Shown one piece after another: positions 9,232 through 19,746 of a DNA stretch of 63,263 nucleotides. Origin of the DNA: a virus (Duplodnaviria > Caudoviricetes); the IMG/VR virus record IMGVR_UViG_3300013885_000001, positions 1-63,263 of that record, one strand, 5' to 3'. Both the position numbers and the translations under genes were made by a program. The notes under the pieces are model-generated. The model was not told the origin of the DNA. It ran no database searches and saw nothing but the letters and a program-made list of their open reading frames with translations. The first letter of the stretch is position 1; every line of letters starts with the position of its first letter.

Positions 9232-11850
9232 ATGGATAATAAGTTTATAGAGATAGATTTTCCAATAAGATCAGTGAGCGATGAGTCTGCAAGAGAGAAG
9301 AACATAAGACATGGGCATATCTCCACATTACATATATGGTGGGCACGTAGACCTTTAGCATCTTCGAGGGCATCAATATATGCATCACTCACACCAGAAC
9401 CAGAGGATGAAGAAGAGAGGATGAAGAAATCACAGTTTATAGGTGAGCTATCGAAATGGGAGAACTCTTTAAACAAAGATCTCATTGAAAGAGCAAGGGA
9501 AGACATCTTAAAAGCGAACAATGGCAAACCACCGAAAGTCTTAGATCCTTTTGCTGGTGGTGGTGCTATACCATTAGAGGCTTTAAGGTTGGGTTGTGAG
9601 ACATATGCAAGTGATTTAAACCCAGTTGCTGTGCTTATAGAAAAATGCACATTGGAGTATCCACAGAAGTATGGACACAGAGAAGAAGATAGCTATTTTG
9701 GTGGTAAGACAACAAATCCTTTATTGCAAGATGTTAAAAAATGGGGATATTGGGTTTTAGAAGAGGCAAAGAGAGAGATTGGTAAATTTTATCCACCAGA
9801 AGAAGATGGCTCGATACCAGTCGGTTATATCTGGGCAAGAACTATCAGATGTCAAAATCCTGAATGTGGTGCTGAAATACCTTTGGTAAGACAAACATGG
9901 TTAGCTAAAAAGGATAAGAAGAAGATAGCATATAAGATCATCCCTAAAGGTAATAAAATAGACTTTGAGATTAAAGAGGGAGAAGAGATAAATTTTGATC
10001 CTAAAGAGGGAACTACTTCAAAAGCTAAAGTTATATGTCCATGTTGTGGTAGTGGTATAAGTGATAAAGATAACAGGAAACAATTTCAGGAAGGAAAAGC
10101 AGGGCAGAGGATGATTGCTGTTGTTCTCCATCATCCTGATATAAAAGGTAAAACCTATAGATTGGCAACAGACAAGGATTTAGATATCTTCAAAGAAGCA
10201 GAAGCATATTTAGAGAAGAAAAGATCGAAGTTGATGGGTGAGTGGGGAATTGATCCTGTGCCAGATGAACCACTGCCACCAATAGGAACTTTGGGTTTTA
10301 GTGTCCAAAGATATGGCATGACGAAATGGGGTGACCTTTTCAATTCACGTCAGAAGTTGGCATTGATTACTTTTGTGGAGAAGGTCCGACTTGCATATAA
10401 GAAGATGATCGAGGAAGGATATGATGAGGAGTATGCGAAAGCAGTTGTGAGCTATTTGGCACTGATGATAAGTCGCTGTTCTGATTTTGAAAGCAATATT
10501 GTTAGATGGTTTAATCATGTTGAAAATATATGCAATACATTTGCTCGGCAGGCTCTTCCCATAACATGGGATTACTTCGAACTAAATTTATTCTCTCCTG
10601 TTTCCCAAGGAACTATTAAAAGTATGTTTAATCAAATCACTAAAACAATGAAAGGCGCAGTGAATACTCTATCTTCTCCTGCTACCGTTTCCCAATCCTC
10701 CGCTACTTCTTTACCTTACCCTGACAACTACTTTGATGCAGTGATCACGGATCCACCATATTATGATAACGTTCCCTACTCCTACCTCTCTGACTTCTTT
10801 TATGTCTGGCTTAAAAGAACAATTGGTAATTTATACCCTGATCTATTTGCTACACCCTTAACACCAAAGAGCGAGGAGATTGTAGCTTATTCTCATAACA
10901 AGGGAGGTTTTGAAGAAGGGAAGAAATTTTTCGAGGATATGATAACTAAAGCATTTCAGGAGATCTACAGGGTTCTAAAACCTGAAGGTATTGCGTGTAT
11001 CGTCTTTACCCATAAGTCAACAGAGGCATGGGAAACTATTATAAACGCTCTTGTCGCATCAGGCTTGTATCTTACAGCTTCCTGGCCTATACATACGGAA
11101 ATGAAGGAGAGGTTAAGAGCGCAGAAGTCGGGTGCTCTGGCATCATCCATATACATGATCTGTCGCAAACGTGTAAATAAGGAGACAGCCTATTTCAATG
11201 AGATCAAGCTGGAGATCGAGCAGAGAGTAAAGGAAAAACTGGATCAGTTCTGGAACGAAGGTATAAAAGGAGCGGACTTTTTCATATCTGCCATAGGACC
11301 TGCAATGGAAGTTTTTGGGAAGTATGAAAATGTTGAAAAGCCTACAGGAGAGAAAGTATCCGCAAAAGACCTCCTTGAATTAGTGAGAAAGATAGTGATC
11401 GATTACACTTTAGGAAAGGTTTTAAAGACGCATATAGGGAGCGTAGATGCGGAAACAAGGTTTTACATCATATACCGCTTGAACTATGGTCAGGCGAAGG
11501 TTGATTATGACGATGCGAGGAAACTTGCTCAAGCGGTTGGAGTCTCTATAGAGGACTCTAAGTTGATAAAAAAGAGTGGAAGTCTCGTCTCGGTTTTAAA
11601 TGCAGATTATAGAGAACCTGGCGAGGAGAAGAGTATGATAGATGTCCTGCACTCTTGTTTATATTACCAGAAAAGAAACGATAGAGACTCTATAATAAAA
11701 CTGCTGGAAGAAAAGGGATATATAAACAACAACGATTTCTGGTGGTTTGTTCAGGCTTTATCAGAAGTCCTTCCTGATGGAGATAAGGAGAGGCAGATGC
11801 TTCAGGTTTTTATGTTTGGGAATGGTAATGTTGTCAGTAAGGTAAGGTAG
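9232..11850 (+). CDS. DUF1156-type adenine DNA methyltransferase with Zn ribbon
   Basis: [23 protein letters not shown], CxxxxC/CPCC, TDPPYYD. Confidence 0.88.
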   Translation: MDNKFIEIDFPIRSVSDESAREKNIRHGHISTLHIWWARRPLASSRASIYASLTPEPEDEEERMKKSQFIGELSKWENSLNKDLIERAREDILKANNGKPPKVLDPFAGGGAIPLEALRLGCETYASDLNPVAVLIEKCTLEYPQKYGHREEDSYFGGKTTNPLLQDVKKWGYWVLEEAKREIGKFYPPEEDGSIPVGYIWARTIRCQNPECGAEIPLVRQTWLAKKDKKKIAYKIIPKGNKIDFEIKEGEEINFDPKEGTTSKAKVICPCCGSGISDKDNRKQFQEGKAGQRMIAVVLHHPDIKGKTYRLATDKDLDIFKEAEAYLEKKRSKLMGEWGIDPVPDEPLPPIGTLGFSVQRYGMTKWGDLFNSRQKLALITFVEKVRLAYKKMIEEGYDEEYAKAVVSYLALMISRCSDFESNIVRWFNHVENICNTFARQALPITWDYFELNLFSPVSQGTIKSMFNQITKTMKGAVNTLSSPATVSQSSATSLPYPDNYFDAVITDPPYYDNVPYSYLSDFFYVWLKRTIGNLYPDLFATPLTPKSEEIVAYSHNKGGFEEGKKFFEDMITKAFQEIYRVLKPEGIACIVFTHKSTEAWETIINALVASGLYLTASWPIHTEMKERLRAQKSGALASSIYMICRKRVNKETAYFNEIKLEIEQRVKEKLDQFWNEGIKGADFFISAIGPAMEVFGKYENVEKPTGEKVSAKDLLELVRKIVIDYTLGKVLKTHIGSVDAETRFYIIYRLNYGQAKVDYDDARKLAQAVGVSIEDSKLIKKSGSLVSVLNADYREPGEEKSMIDVLHSCLYYQKRNDRDSIIKLLEEKGYINNNDFWWFVQALSEVLPDGDKERQMLQVFMFGNGNVVSKVR

Positions 11851-11886
11851 ATAAATGTTAGCAATCACTCACGTTTTCCATCGGGA

Positions 11887-11910
11887 AGTAGAATCGAAAC
11901 ATTTATATAC
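11887..11910 (+). promoter_or_regulatory. BRE-TATA promoter, second motif class
   Basis: AGTAGAATCGAAACATTTATATAC; 23/24 identical to 13745..13768. Confidence 0.65.
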
Positions 11911-11973
11911 AGGTAGGTACACACTATATATTAGAGAGAAAGAATCTCAAGAAATATGAGAAAGAAAAATTTT

Positions 11974-11993
11974 AGAAAACTCTTAAACAATAT
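11974..11993 (+). promoter_or_regulatory. Conserved viral promoter-like motif
   Basis: AGAAAACTCTTAAACAATAT. Confidence 0.75.
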
Positions 11994-12695
11994 GTGAGAG
12001 GTATGTTAAAAATGTCAATGGCTAAAACAATTTTAGAGAATGAAAGAATTGGATACCTAAAGGAGCAGAGAACAAGCAATTTGGAACTTGCAAAGCAATT
12101 TATAAACAATACCATCAAATATGAGAAGTTGATATTAGAGAGTCTTAAAGACATTACTAAGACTAAAATTATGACTGATGTATCCGCTCCCATACATTGC
12201 TGGGAGAAGCTTGGGTTAGACAAGTTCGGTATTATATCATGTGATGATAAGAGCAGGGAGATCAACTATGTTGAAAACGTACACCATCTGAAGCAAATTA
12301 ATTGGGACGAATTTATAAGACAATTAAATCTAAGAGGCAAACAGAGGAAGAAACTTGAGGCTGTAGCATCATCAGTCCAGAATTACATCGATATAGTGAG
12401 AGTTTTTGAAGAATGCCACAAGAAGGTGCTGGAGATTACAAATTGGAATATCGATGCTGTTGAGAGAGAAGTTACTCAAGTAGGAATAAGTCACACTGGT
12501 GAATATGTAATTTACATGAAGGATCGGGTGTGTCAATGTGAATACGGGCTTGCACTATCAGAATATCTGTTATTAGAACAGCTTTACGATGAGTTCCGCA
12601 GATTAAACATTCGATTTAAGTCTGATATCATAGAGGCAATAGATAACAACTTGCAAGTCTGTGATCAGTTGAGGGTCAGTCTTGAGAACATCTAA
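11994..12695 (+). CDS. Hypothetical protein (true start probably a few codons downstream)
   Basis: Long ORF behind the promoter motif, followed by a T-tract. Confidence 0.65.
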   Translation: MRGMLKMSMAKTILENERIGYLKEQRTSNLELAKQFINNTIKYEKLILESLKDITKTKIMTDVSAPIHCWEKLGLDKFGIISCDDKSREINYVENVHHLKQINWDEFIRQLNLRGKQRKKLEAVASSVQNYIDIVRVFEECHKKVLEITNWNIDAVEREVTQVGISHTGEYVIYMKDRVCQCEYGLALSEYLLLEQLYDEFRRLNIRFKSDIIEAIDNNLQVCDQLRVSLENI

Positions 12696-12723
12696 ACTGA
12701 TCTCTTATCTCTTTAATTTTTTT

Positions 12724-12743
12724 AGAAAGTTCTTAAATAATGT
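12724..12743 (+). promoter_or_regulatory. Variant of the conserved promoter motif
   Basis: AGAAAGTTCTTAAATAATGT. Confidence 0.6.
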
Positions 12744-12764
12744 GTGAATAGAGGTGTAATTGGG

Positions 12765-13418
12765 ATGGAGTTAATAAAAGAAGAAAAAGAATACTACATT
12801 AATAGATTACAAGAGGCTATATCTATAGTCAAAGAGGCATGTGGAGGATTAAATACCTCTCTTGTATCTACCGTTTTTGATAAGATAGCTGTGGATATAG
12901 TAGAACTTAGGAGGGAACAAGCAGGGTCTAAGAGAGATGGTGTTAAGAAGGCTACTGGTATAATGAGTGGAAAGAAAAATGATGATTCAGCTGGGAATGC
13001 TGGGGTTGTGAAATTAAATGATGGGGTTAAAGGTGAAGAGACGCAAGTTGGAAAGATAGATGCTAAGGATGTGTTTGACGTTATAGCTAAGTTGGAGACA
13101 CCTCGATATAGAGAGGATGGGCAGATGGCTGTAGCAGATCTGCTGGACGATGATATAGTAATTTCAGGCATTGAGAAGAGTGAAGATGATACCGATCCTG
13201 CTTATTTTATTAGCACATCGAAGGGAGTAGTAAAGACCTATTCGAAGGTATTAATTGGTCAGATACAGCATCTTGATGATAAAGGCTTACTACCAGTTAA
13301 AGGTAAGATAGTGAGGAGGGAAAGCTCAAGATCTCATAAGAATTATTATACATTTATCAAGTATCATGCCTCTTCTCTTAATCCTAAGAGAGGAGAATGT
13401 CTTCCAGGATACTTGTGA
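12765..13418 (+). CDS. Hypothetical protein, possible C-terminal OB-fold/SSB-like domain
   Basis: GAGGTG RBS before ATG 12765; beta-rich C-terminus ending KGKIVRRESSRSHKNYYTF. Confidence 0.5.
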   Translation: MELIKEEKEYYINRLQEAISIVKEACGGLNTSLVSTVFDKIAVDIVELRREQAGSKRDGVKKATGIMSGKKNDDSAGNAGVVKLNDGVKGEETQVGKIDAKDVFDVIAKLETPRYREDGQMAVADLLDDDIVISGIEKSEDDTDPAYFISTSKGVVKTYSKVLIGQIQHLDDKGLLPVKGKIVRRESSRSHKNYYTFIKYHASSLNPKRGECLPGYL

Positions 13419-13458
13419 CGTCATTTATCTCCTCTTTTCTTTCTAACCTTTTTCTGGG

Positions 13459-13746
13459 ATGGGAGGTAAGAAGATGAAGATGAAAGTGAAGTTTGATGAT
13501 GGTGGAGAGATGGAATATGAAGGTAAGAAAGTGGGAAATGAATTCTATATTGGAGAAAAGGCTGGGTATTACTTCATGCATCCGAAAAGAGCTCATGAGT
13601 TAGAGATCATAAATAAAGATACTATGGAATATGCCTATAGGCGGGGGTTTATGTGCTTGATGTATGCTAACTCTCTTCATCATAATAGAAAGAGGGAGTA
13701 TGACAAATTCATAGGGCTAGTTAAAGGATACTCTATTGAGGGATAG
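13459..13746 (+). CDS. Hypothetical protein
   Basis: ORF with GGAGGT RBS. Confidence 0.6.
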   Translation: MGGKKMKMKVKFDDGGEMEYEGKKVGNEFYIGEKAGYYFMHPKRAHELEIINKDTMEYAYRRGFMCLMYANSLHHNRKREYDKFIGLVKGYSIEG

Positions 13747-13768
13747 TAGAATCGAAAGATTTATATAC
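13745..13768 (+). promoter_or_regulatory. BRE-TATA promoter, second motif class, ahead of the packaging operon
   Basis: AGTAGAATCGAAAGATTTATATAC. Confidence 0.65.
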
Positions 13769-13803
13769 CCTTAGTATCATAGTATGTATTAGAGGTAAAT
13801 GTT

Positions 13804-14229
13804 ATGAAAAAGGATCTGTCTTTCAAAATGTGTGAGCTGTTTGAACAAGGTAAAACTGTAGAAGAGATAGCTGATATACTTAAAGTATCAGCACCAACAG
13901 TAGCTAAGTATTTGAAACAGAATGGATATCCCAAGTGTAGAAGATGTGGTGTATCATTAGCTGGTGAGAGACTAAACATGAGGTATTGTGAAACTTGCAG
14001 GAAGATAATTAATATAGAGATGGTTAGAAGATGTCAAAAGGCACATTGGGACCTTAAGAATATTAATGGTGTACATGAGCGATACTCTGTAAATGAGCTA
14101 TCTACTCATGGAGATCTTTATAATCTAAATGGCACCTTAGGGACGCTTGGGTTAGCGCAGCATTATGATACGTTTGAAGATGAGTGGGAGGCTATACAAA
14201 GAGAGCATGCAAGAATATTTGGTAGATAA
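13804..14229 (+). CDS. HTH plus Zn-finger protein
   Basis: GKTVEEIADILKVSAPTVAKYL; CRRC...CETC. Confidence 0.7.
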   Translation: MKKDLSFKMCELFEQGKTVEEIADILKVSAPTVAKYLKQNGYPKCRRCGVSLAGERLNMRYCETCRKIINIEMVRRCQKAHWDLKNINGVHERYSVNELSTHGDLYNLNGTLGTLGLAQHYDTFEDEWEAIQREHARIFGR

Positions 14230-15538
14230 AACAAGCCTTGTAGTGCATTCACCTAAATTATTTCTTTCTTATATTTTAGGCTTTGATCTTCAGCCATTCC
14301 ATAAAGAGTGGCTTGATCTCGTAGATAGAAATAGATTTACTCTCATTTTAGCACCCAGAGGATCGGGTAAGTCCACTGTAGTTACGGTGGGTTACTCCCT
14401 ATGGAAGGCATTGATGGATCCTCAATTACGTGTGCTTATAGTCTCTAATACACAAAGTCAGGCAGAGACTTTTCTTAGACTTGTCAGAAACCTTTGTGTA
14501 TCAGGTAAAGTAGCAGATATCTTTGGGGATGTGGTTGGAAGTGTATGGACAAATACGGAGTTGGAATTTAAAGGACATGGTAATCAAAAAGAAATGACGA
14601 TCACTGCTTTAGGAGCTAGTGGGGCACTGGTAGGACGACATTTTGACGTGATTATGTTGGATGATATATGTGATGGTAAAAATATGGCTACTGAGAATCG
14701 GAGGAGTAAAGTTTATGAGTGGTATTTCCAAACGCTACTTCCTATGCTTGAACCTGATGGTGAACTTCATATAATTGGAACGAGATGGCATGAGGATGAC
14801 TTCTATAATAGAATAAAAGGAGGTAACTATAAAACAAAGATTTATAAGGCATTGAATGGTAGAAAGTCATATTGGGAGGAGAGATATCCATATGAATTAC
14901 TTAAGAAGTTGAGGGCTGAATCTCCCACTACTTTTGAGATGCAGTATCAGAATGAGATCGTGCATAGTGAAGATGCTATATTCAAAGAAAGATATTTTAA
15001 GTATTATACAGTCTTACCTGATAATGTGGAGTTTTATCAGGGCATCGATCTGGCTGCGAGTGAGAGAGGGGACTACTTCGTGATTGTTACAATAGCGATA
15101 GATAAACAAACTAATGATATTTATGTAGTAAATGTGTTCAGGCAGAGATTGAGTTTATCTCGTCAGATTGAAGCAATAATTAAAATGGCAGAGAAGTATA
15201 AACCGATGAGGATAGGGATAGAGTCAAACGGTTATCAGTTAGCACTTGCCAGTGAGATGATTAAGCGATCCATGCTTCCCATTAAGAAAGTATATCAGGA
15301 GCGAAGTAAGATTGATAGAGCATCTAAGCTATCAGTCTTATTTGAAAATGGCACTATATTCCTACCTGAAAGGCGGATGAGGCTAATAGATGAGTTACTT
15401 GTATTTCCAAGAGGGAAGTATGATGATTGTGTTGATGCTTTGGATCTGGCTGTATCTGTAGCGAAGAAACGGATGACATGGAGTTGGGATGAGATTAGGA
15501 CTCGGATATTTGCTGGTAATTATGTTGCGAAGGTCTAA
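14165..15538 (+). CDS. terL: Terminase large subunit
   Basis: Walker A APRGSGKS, Walker B VIMLDD, IGTRWHEDD, nuclease GIDLA and YDDCVDAL. Confidence 0.93.
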   Translation: MIRLKMSGRLYKESMQEYLVDKTSLVVHSPKLFLSYILGFDLQPFHKEWLDLVDRNRFTLILAPRGSGKSTVVTVGYSLWKALMDPQLRVLIVSNTQSQAETFLRLVRNLCVSGKVADIFGDVVGSVWTNTELEFKGHGNQKEMTITALGASGALVGRHFDVIMLDDICDGKNMATENRRSKVYEWYFQTLLPMLEPDGELHIIGTRWHEDDFYNRIKGGNYKTKIYKALNGRKSYWEERYPYELLKKLRAESPTTFEMQYQNEIVHSEDAIFKERYFKYYTVLPDNVEFYQGIDLAASERGDYFVIVTIAIDKQTNDIYVVNVFRQRLSLSRQIEAIIKMAEKYKPMRIGIESNGYQLALASEMIKRSMLPIKKVYQERSKIDRASKLSVLFENGTIFLPERRMRLIDELLVFPRGKYDDCVDALDLAVSVAKKRMTWSWDEIRTRIFAGNYVAKV

Positions 15539-15618
15539 GTGAGAAGAGATTGGAGAGTATGTTTGAGGAAGATAGGATATGTCTGAGAATGTATGAATAT
15601 AGTGATATTGGGTTATAA

Positions 15619-16788
15619 ATGATGAGGCTAAGATTGCTTAATAATATAAGAAGGCTATTTAGGAAGAGGGGACGATTTGATGAGAAGTCATTATCAGCAT
15701 CTGTCTCTCAACCTCGTTTTTATGCTACATCTAATGAATATAGAAACTTTGCTTGGTTAAGAAATTATGAAAGGATATATCTAACTGATGGTGTAGTGTT
15801 TTCTTGTATTAATTCATTAGCACGGTATGTAGCCAGTACAGACTGGGATATTTCTTATAGTGATCCAGATGTTAAACAGATAGTTCAAGATTTTATAGAT
15901 AATACTATGTTCGATAGAAAGATGCTGACTATGGTTAGGCATGTCTTGATCTATGGTGATGCATTTATCGAGAAGGTGATGAATGCTAAAGGAGAGTTGG
16001 CTGATTTGGTGTTATGTGATCCTAAAACTATTGAGATCGGTGTTAATGAGTATGGAGAACCTGAGATGTATGTTCAACGGGTTGGAAATAAAGAAATAAT
16101 ATTTGAGCCTGAAGAAGAGATGATCCAGCTGAATTTCTATGACATACCAGGCAGTCCTTATGGAGCTTCAGTGGTAGGTGTAAATTATGATATAATAGTT
16201 AAGAAGATTAAGGTAGATGAAGCAATTGCAGCAGCCATCTTACATCATGGCTTTCCTAAGTTTCATGTATCAGTAGGATCAGCGTCAGAAGATATAATAC
16301 CATCTAAGGAAGTGATTGATGACATTGCATCTAAGTTTAAAGATATAAATTCAAAGAGTGAGTTTGTAACACCAGATCTTATACAAATTAAGAATATAGA
16401 TGCTAAAGGCATCGAACATATTGAAGACTACACATCATATTTCCTTAACTTACTTACAGCAGGGTTTTCTGTCCCAGAAGAACAACTTGGGTTAGGAAAG
16501 GGATCAACAGAGGCATCGGGTAAAGTAAGACAAGCTTTGTTTGAAAGAACGGTCAGGACCATGCAATCTCAATTAGAAACATTTGTCTCAAGGAAGATAT
16601 TTGATGTAATCACCTCTCCTTACGGTGGGAGTGCACAATTACAATTTAGAGATATAAGTCCAATAGATGAGGCAATGATCATAAAGTGGGTGGAGCCTTT
16701 ACTTAAAACAGATGAAGGAACATTTGCCATCCTTGCGAGAAATGAGATCAGGAGGCTATTCAATTTGCCTGTTACAGAAGATGAGTAG
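15619..16788 (+). CDS. Portal protein
   Basis: Follows terL; LIYGDAFIE, SPYGAS, GFSVPEEQLG, NEIRRLFNL. Confidence 0.88.
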   Translation: MMRLRLLNNIRRLFRKRGRFDEKSLSASVSQPRFYATSNEYRNFAWLRNYERIYLTDGVVFSCINSLARYVASTDWDISYSDPDVKQIVQDFIDNTMFDRKMLTMVRHVLIYGDAFIEKVMNAKGELADLVLCDPKTIEIGVNEYGEPEMYVQRVGNKEIIFEPEEEMIQLNFYDIPGSPYGASVVGVNYDIIVKKIKVDEAIAAAILHHGFPKFHVSVGSASEDIIPSKEVIDDIASKFKDINSKSEFVTPDLIQIKNIDAKGIEHIEDYTSYFLNLLTAGFSVPEEQLGLGKGSTEASGKVRQALFERTVRTMQSQLETFVSRKIFDVITSPYGGSAQLQFRDISPIDEAMIIKWVEPLLKTDEGTFAILARNEIRRLFNLPVTEDE

Positions 16789-16851
16789 ATTTATAAATTT
16801 TAAGCTACGATTATAAAAAAGTAAGCGTCTTTCATATGGGGTTGATATCGT

Positions 16852-17714
16852 ATGAAGAATCTGTTATTGATAAGGTATCCTGGTGGTAAACAGTATTTGT
16901 TAAAATTCCTACTTCCATTCATTCCTAACCATAAATATTATTTAGAGGTATTCGGTGGTGGGGCATCTGTATTATTGAATAAACCTAAATCATATTTTGA
17001 GGTGTATAATGATATTGATGAGTCATTAGTAAATCTATTTAGAGTTATTAGAGATAAGAGTAAGTATAAGTTGTTTAAAGAAAAGTTACGTTATGTTTTA
17101 TATGCTCGGTCAGAATTTGAGAAGGCGTTAGAGAATCTATATACACATGATGATGTTGATCGGGCAGTCAATTTTTATATAGTAAACAGGATGAGTTTTG
17201 CTTCGATGGGGAAATCATGGTCTCATAGCTTGGGATCACCTCAATGGTCGTTTCCTCCATCAGCTTGGGAGAATGCTAAGAAACGGATAGATGAAATTTA
17301 CGATAGATTTAAATCCGTGCAAATTGAGAATTCTGATTGGTTCGAAGTAATGAATCGATATAATTGGAAGGAGAGCTCGTTTGCTTATTTAGATCCACCT
17401 TATATTCTACCTGATAAAGGTAAGAATGGCTATTATAACCAATCGTTTAGTATTGAGGATCATGAAAACTAGTCGATTATCTCTCATCAGAAAAATGGAA
17501 TGGTAAGATAATGTTAAGTGGCTATAAGAATGAATTATATGAAGAGCTGGAAAAATATGGTTGGGTTAGGAGGGATACTGGGTATAAATTATCATTGCTT
17601 TGGTGTAAAGGGAAGGGAACGAGACCTTTAGTAGAAGAGAGTGTCTGGATGAATTATAATCCAAGCTCAGTTAGAAATCACGGACAATTAAGTTTGGATG
17701 AGTGCTCGATGTAA
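16852..17714 (+). pseudogene. Dam/D12-class adenine methyltransferase, frameshifted
   Basis: RYPGGK, EVFGGG, YLDPPY; stop at 17472, but one extra A at 17465-17468 restores DHEKLVDYL...KIMLSGY to 17714. Confidence 0.78.
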
Positions 17715-17744
17715 TAAGAAAGCACCCAATACAGGAGGTGAAAT

Positions 17745-18005
17745 ATGATTTATAATTTAGATGAATATAAGAGATTATTGAGAGAGGTAGTCGATAGGAG
17801 GAAGTTTAAGGTTAAGTTGCTATATCATTTGATAAGATCAAGGATAGATGTAGATAGACCTGCATTTATAATTAACAAGAAGGTTTACTCACTAAGAGAT
17901 ATTAAAGATGCTTTAGATAGAGATGATCCACTTATTACAAAAATCGTTAAAGCTGGTATCGATAGGCTAAATGATATCCTTAATCTGAAGGAGGTTAAAA
18001 AATAA
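17745..18005 (+). CDS. Hypothetical protein
   Basis: GGAGGTGA RBS; TAATG coupling to the next gene. Confidence 0.65.
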   Translation: MIYNLDEYKRLLREVVDRRKFKVKLLYHLIRSRIDVDRPAFIINKKVYSLRDIKDALDRDDPLITKIVKAGIDRLNDILNLKEVKK

Positions 18006-18586
18006 TGAAAGCTTTGTTTGTAGCACCATCATTTGATCAGGCATCTGAAGTATCATTCAAATGGTATAGAGATGCACTCAGAGAGATCAGACAAAAGAGT
18101 AGCTGGAGTATCGAGGCGTTGCCTAAGGAGATGGTAACAAGGGAGAATTTTGAGAGAAAGATTGCTGATGTTGATATATTTGCATACTGGGATCACGGTA
18201 ATTATGATAAACTGGCAGATCAGAATAAAGATAATCTTGTAGATTGTAATAACTCTCATCTGTTATCAGGTAAGGAAGTTTTTACTTTGGCATGTATGTC
18301 ATCTAAAAAATTAGGTAGAGATGCAGTAGATAAAGGGGCTAAGTTGTATCAAGGCTATAGAGAACCATTTGTTTTTGCACTACCACCATTCGATAAGATA
18401 TTCGAAATACCAGCTAACAGTGGGATAATTGCAAGAGTGGACAATGATATAGAACAGTCCGAAAGAATACAAAGAAAGACTTTTCTGAAAATGCTTATGG
18501 CACTTTTGCCTGTTTCACCACTGTGGTTATATGCAGTGTTTTTAGCTTGGGACTTTGCCATTTTGGAGTGGCTTAAGAATGGATAA
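18005..18586 (+). CDS. Caspase/gingipain-fold (clan CD-like) cysteine protease with hydrophobic C-terminus
   Basis: FAYWDHG and VFTLAC His/Cys dyad motifs, GAKLYQGY. Confidence 0.6.
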   Translation: MKALFVAPSFDQASEVSFKWYRDALREIRQKSSWSIEALPKEMVTRENFERKIADVDIFAYWDHGNYDKLADQNKDNLVDCNNSHLLSGKEVFTLACMSSKKLGRDAVDKGAKLYQGYREPFVFALPPFDKIFEIPANSGIIARVDNDIEQSERIQRKTFLKMLMALLPVSPLWLYAVFLAWDFAILEWLKNG

Positions 18587-18773
18587 TGATCGGTGGATTC
18601 TCGTTAAGCTAAGCCAAATAGAGAAGAGAGTTGATAGTATTGAGAAGAACAGCTTAACACATCTCTATAATCAGATTTGGGATATTAGAAATGAAATGGT
18701 TACCAAATGGGAAGTAAGATTGATTGTGAGTTTGATGGTAGGTATCCTGTCTCTCATTCTAATTGAATATTGA
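18579..18773 (+). CDS. Small coiled-coil plus C-terminal TM protein (XhlA/holin-like architecture)
   Basis: LSQIEKRVDSIEK followed by LIVSLMVGILSLILI. Confidence 0.55.
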   Translation: MDNDRWILVKLSQIEKRVDSIEKNSLTHLYNQIWDIRNEMVTKWEVRLIVSLMVGILSLILIEY

Positions 18774-18789
18774 AGGAGGTGATAAGTGA

Positions 18790-18960
18790 ATGAATACTCT
18801 AACATCGTTGATGGCTGGATCTGCATCTTGTTGCAATGCGATATGTGCATCACTAGTATTATGTAATAGCATAGGAGCGGTGCTGAGGAATATAGGCTTG
18901 ATTTGTATGAATACAGTGAATTCAATTGTGTTGGCGGCTGACGTATTGATGACTAAATGA
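18790..18960 (+). CDS. 56-aa Cys-rich hydrophobic protein (not in ORF track)
   Basis: GGAGGTGA RBS; MNTLTSLMAGSASCCNAICASLVLCNSIG...; ATGA overlap with next ORF. Confidence 0.55.
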   Translation: MNTLTSLMAGSASCCNAICASLVLCNSIGAVLRNIGLICMNTVNSIVLAADVLMTK

Positions 18961-19064
18961 CGACGTTGTGTGACATTGTACTTTGCGTGTGTTTGGGCTA
19001 TGACTTCGTTTGTCAGATATTATCGATAATTAAGCATATCTTGCTACCTGCACCATGCGTATGA
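18957..19064 (+). CDS. 35-aa Cys-rich hydrophobic peptide (not in ORF track)
   Basis: MTTLCDIVLCVCLGYDFVCQILSIIKHILLPAPCV; ATGA overlaps at both ends. Confidence 0.5.
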   Translation: MTTLCDIVLCVCLGYDFVCQILSIIKHILLPAPCV

Positions 19065-19291
19065 TTGGAGAGATGCTTATGATTGAAGAGATGCTTATGA
19101 TTGAAGAGATCTTAAGGGAAGTTGGTTTTGAGGCTATGCTTACGATAGGTGATAGGCAGTTTGATGTCACCTATCCTATTTTATTGATTGTAGCGGATTG
19201 GTTCGGAGGCATCTTAGTGAATGGGTGTGCGTTATTATGCAGTCCGTTTAGTAGGTTGATGAATATTGTTAGTCTGATAGCTATAAAATGA
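19061..19291 (+). CDS. Small membrane protein with 18-bp repeat at its 5' end
   Basis: ATGA-coupled at both ends; MLMIEE repeats; hydrophobic C-terminal half. Confidence 0.55.
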   Translation: MIGEMLMIEEMLMIEEILREVGFEAMLTIGDRQFDVTYPILLIVADWFGGILVNGCALLCSPFSRLMNIVSLIAIK

Positions 19292-19746
19292 CAAAGATAA
19301 TATTCAAAGGAATGGCATCTAATATAGCAGGAGATAGGATATATAAGGGAGCTATTCTTTTAACAGAGGGAATATATACTGATATGTATTCACAAAAGAC
19401 TATCTACTATGATGGTCGGGTAATCAGGAAAAACGCTAAGAATTGGAAAGATAACTATGTGACTATTGACCACTCAACATCTGTGTTAGATAGGATTGGG
19501 TATGTGGAGAATCCCAGATGGGAAGATGATGCATTGAAAGGTGACATCAGAATACTCCCTATCACTACGAGAGCAAAAGATGTTATTAATCTAATAGATA
19601 ATGACTTGACACGTGGTTTATCAATTGAGGCAGAGACCCAAGATCAGTATGATGGAGAATTGAAGTGTTTGAGATTAATCGATATTACGTTTTTAGGTGT
19701 AAGTATAGTAACCGATCCAGCTTGTGAGATGGCGAGGATATTATGA
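19288..19746 (+). CDS. Putative prohead protease 1 (HK97-fold associated)
   Basis: VTIDH...RIGYV...RGLSIE...VSIVTDPAC pattern. Confidence 0.65.
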   Translation: MTKIIFKGMASNIAGDRIYKGAILLTEGIYTDMYSQKTIYYDGRVIRKNAKNWKDNYVTIDHSTSVLDRIGYVENPRWEDDALKGDIRILPITTRAKDVINLIDNDLTRGLSIEAETQDQYDGELKCLRLIDITFLGVSIVTDPACEMARIL

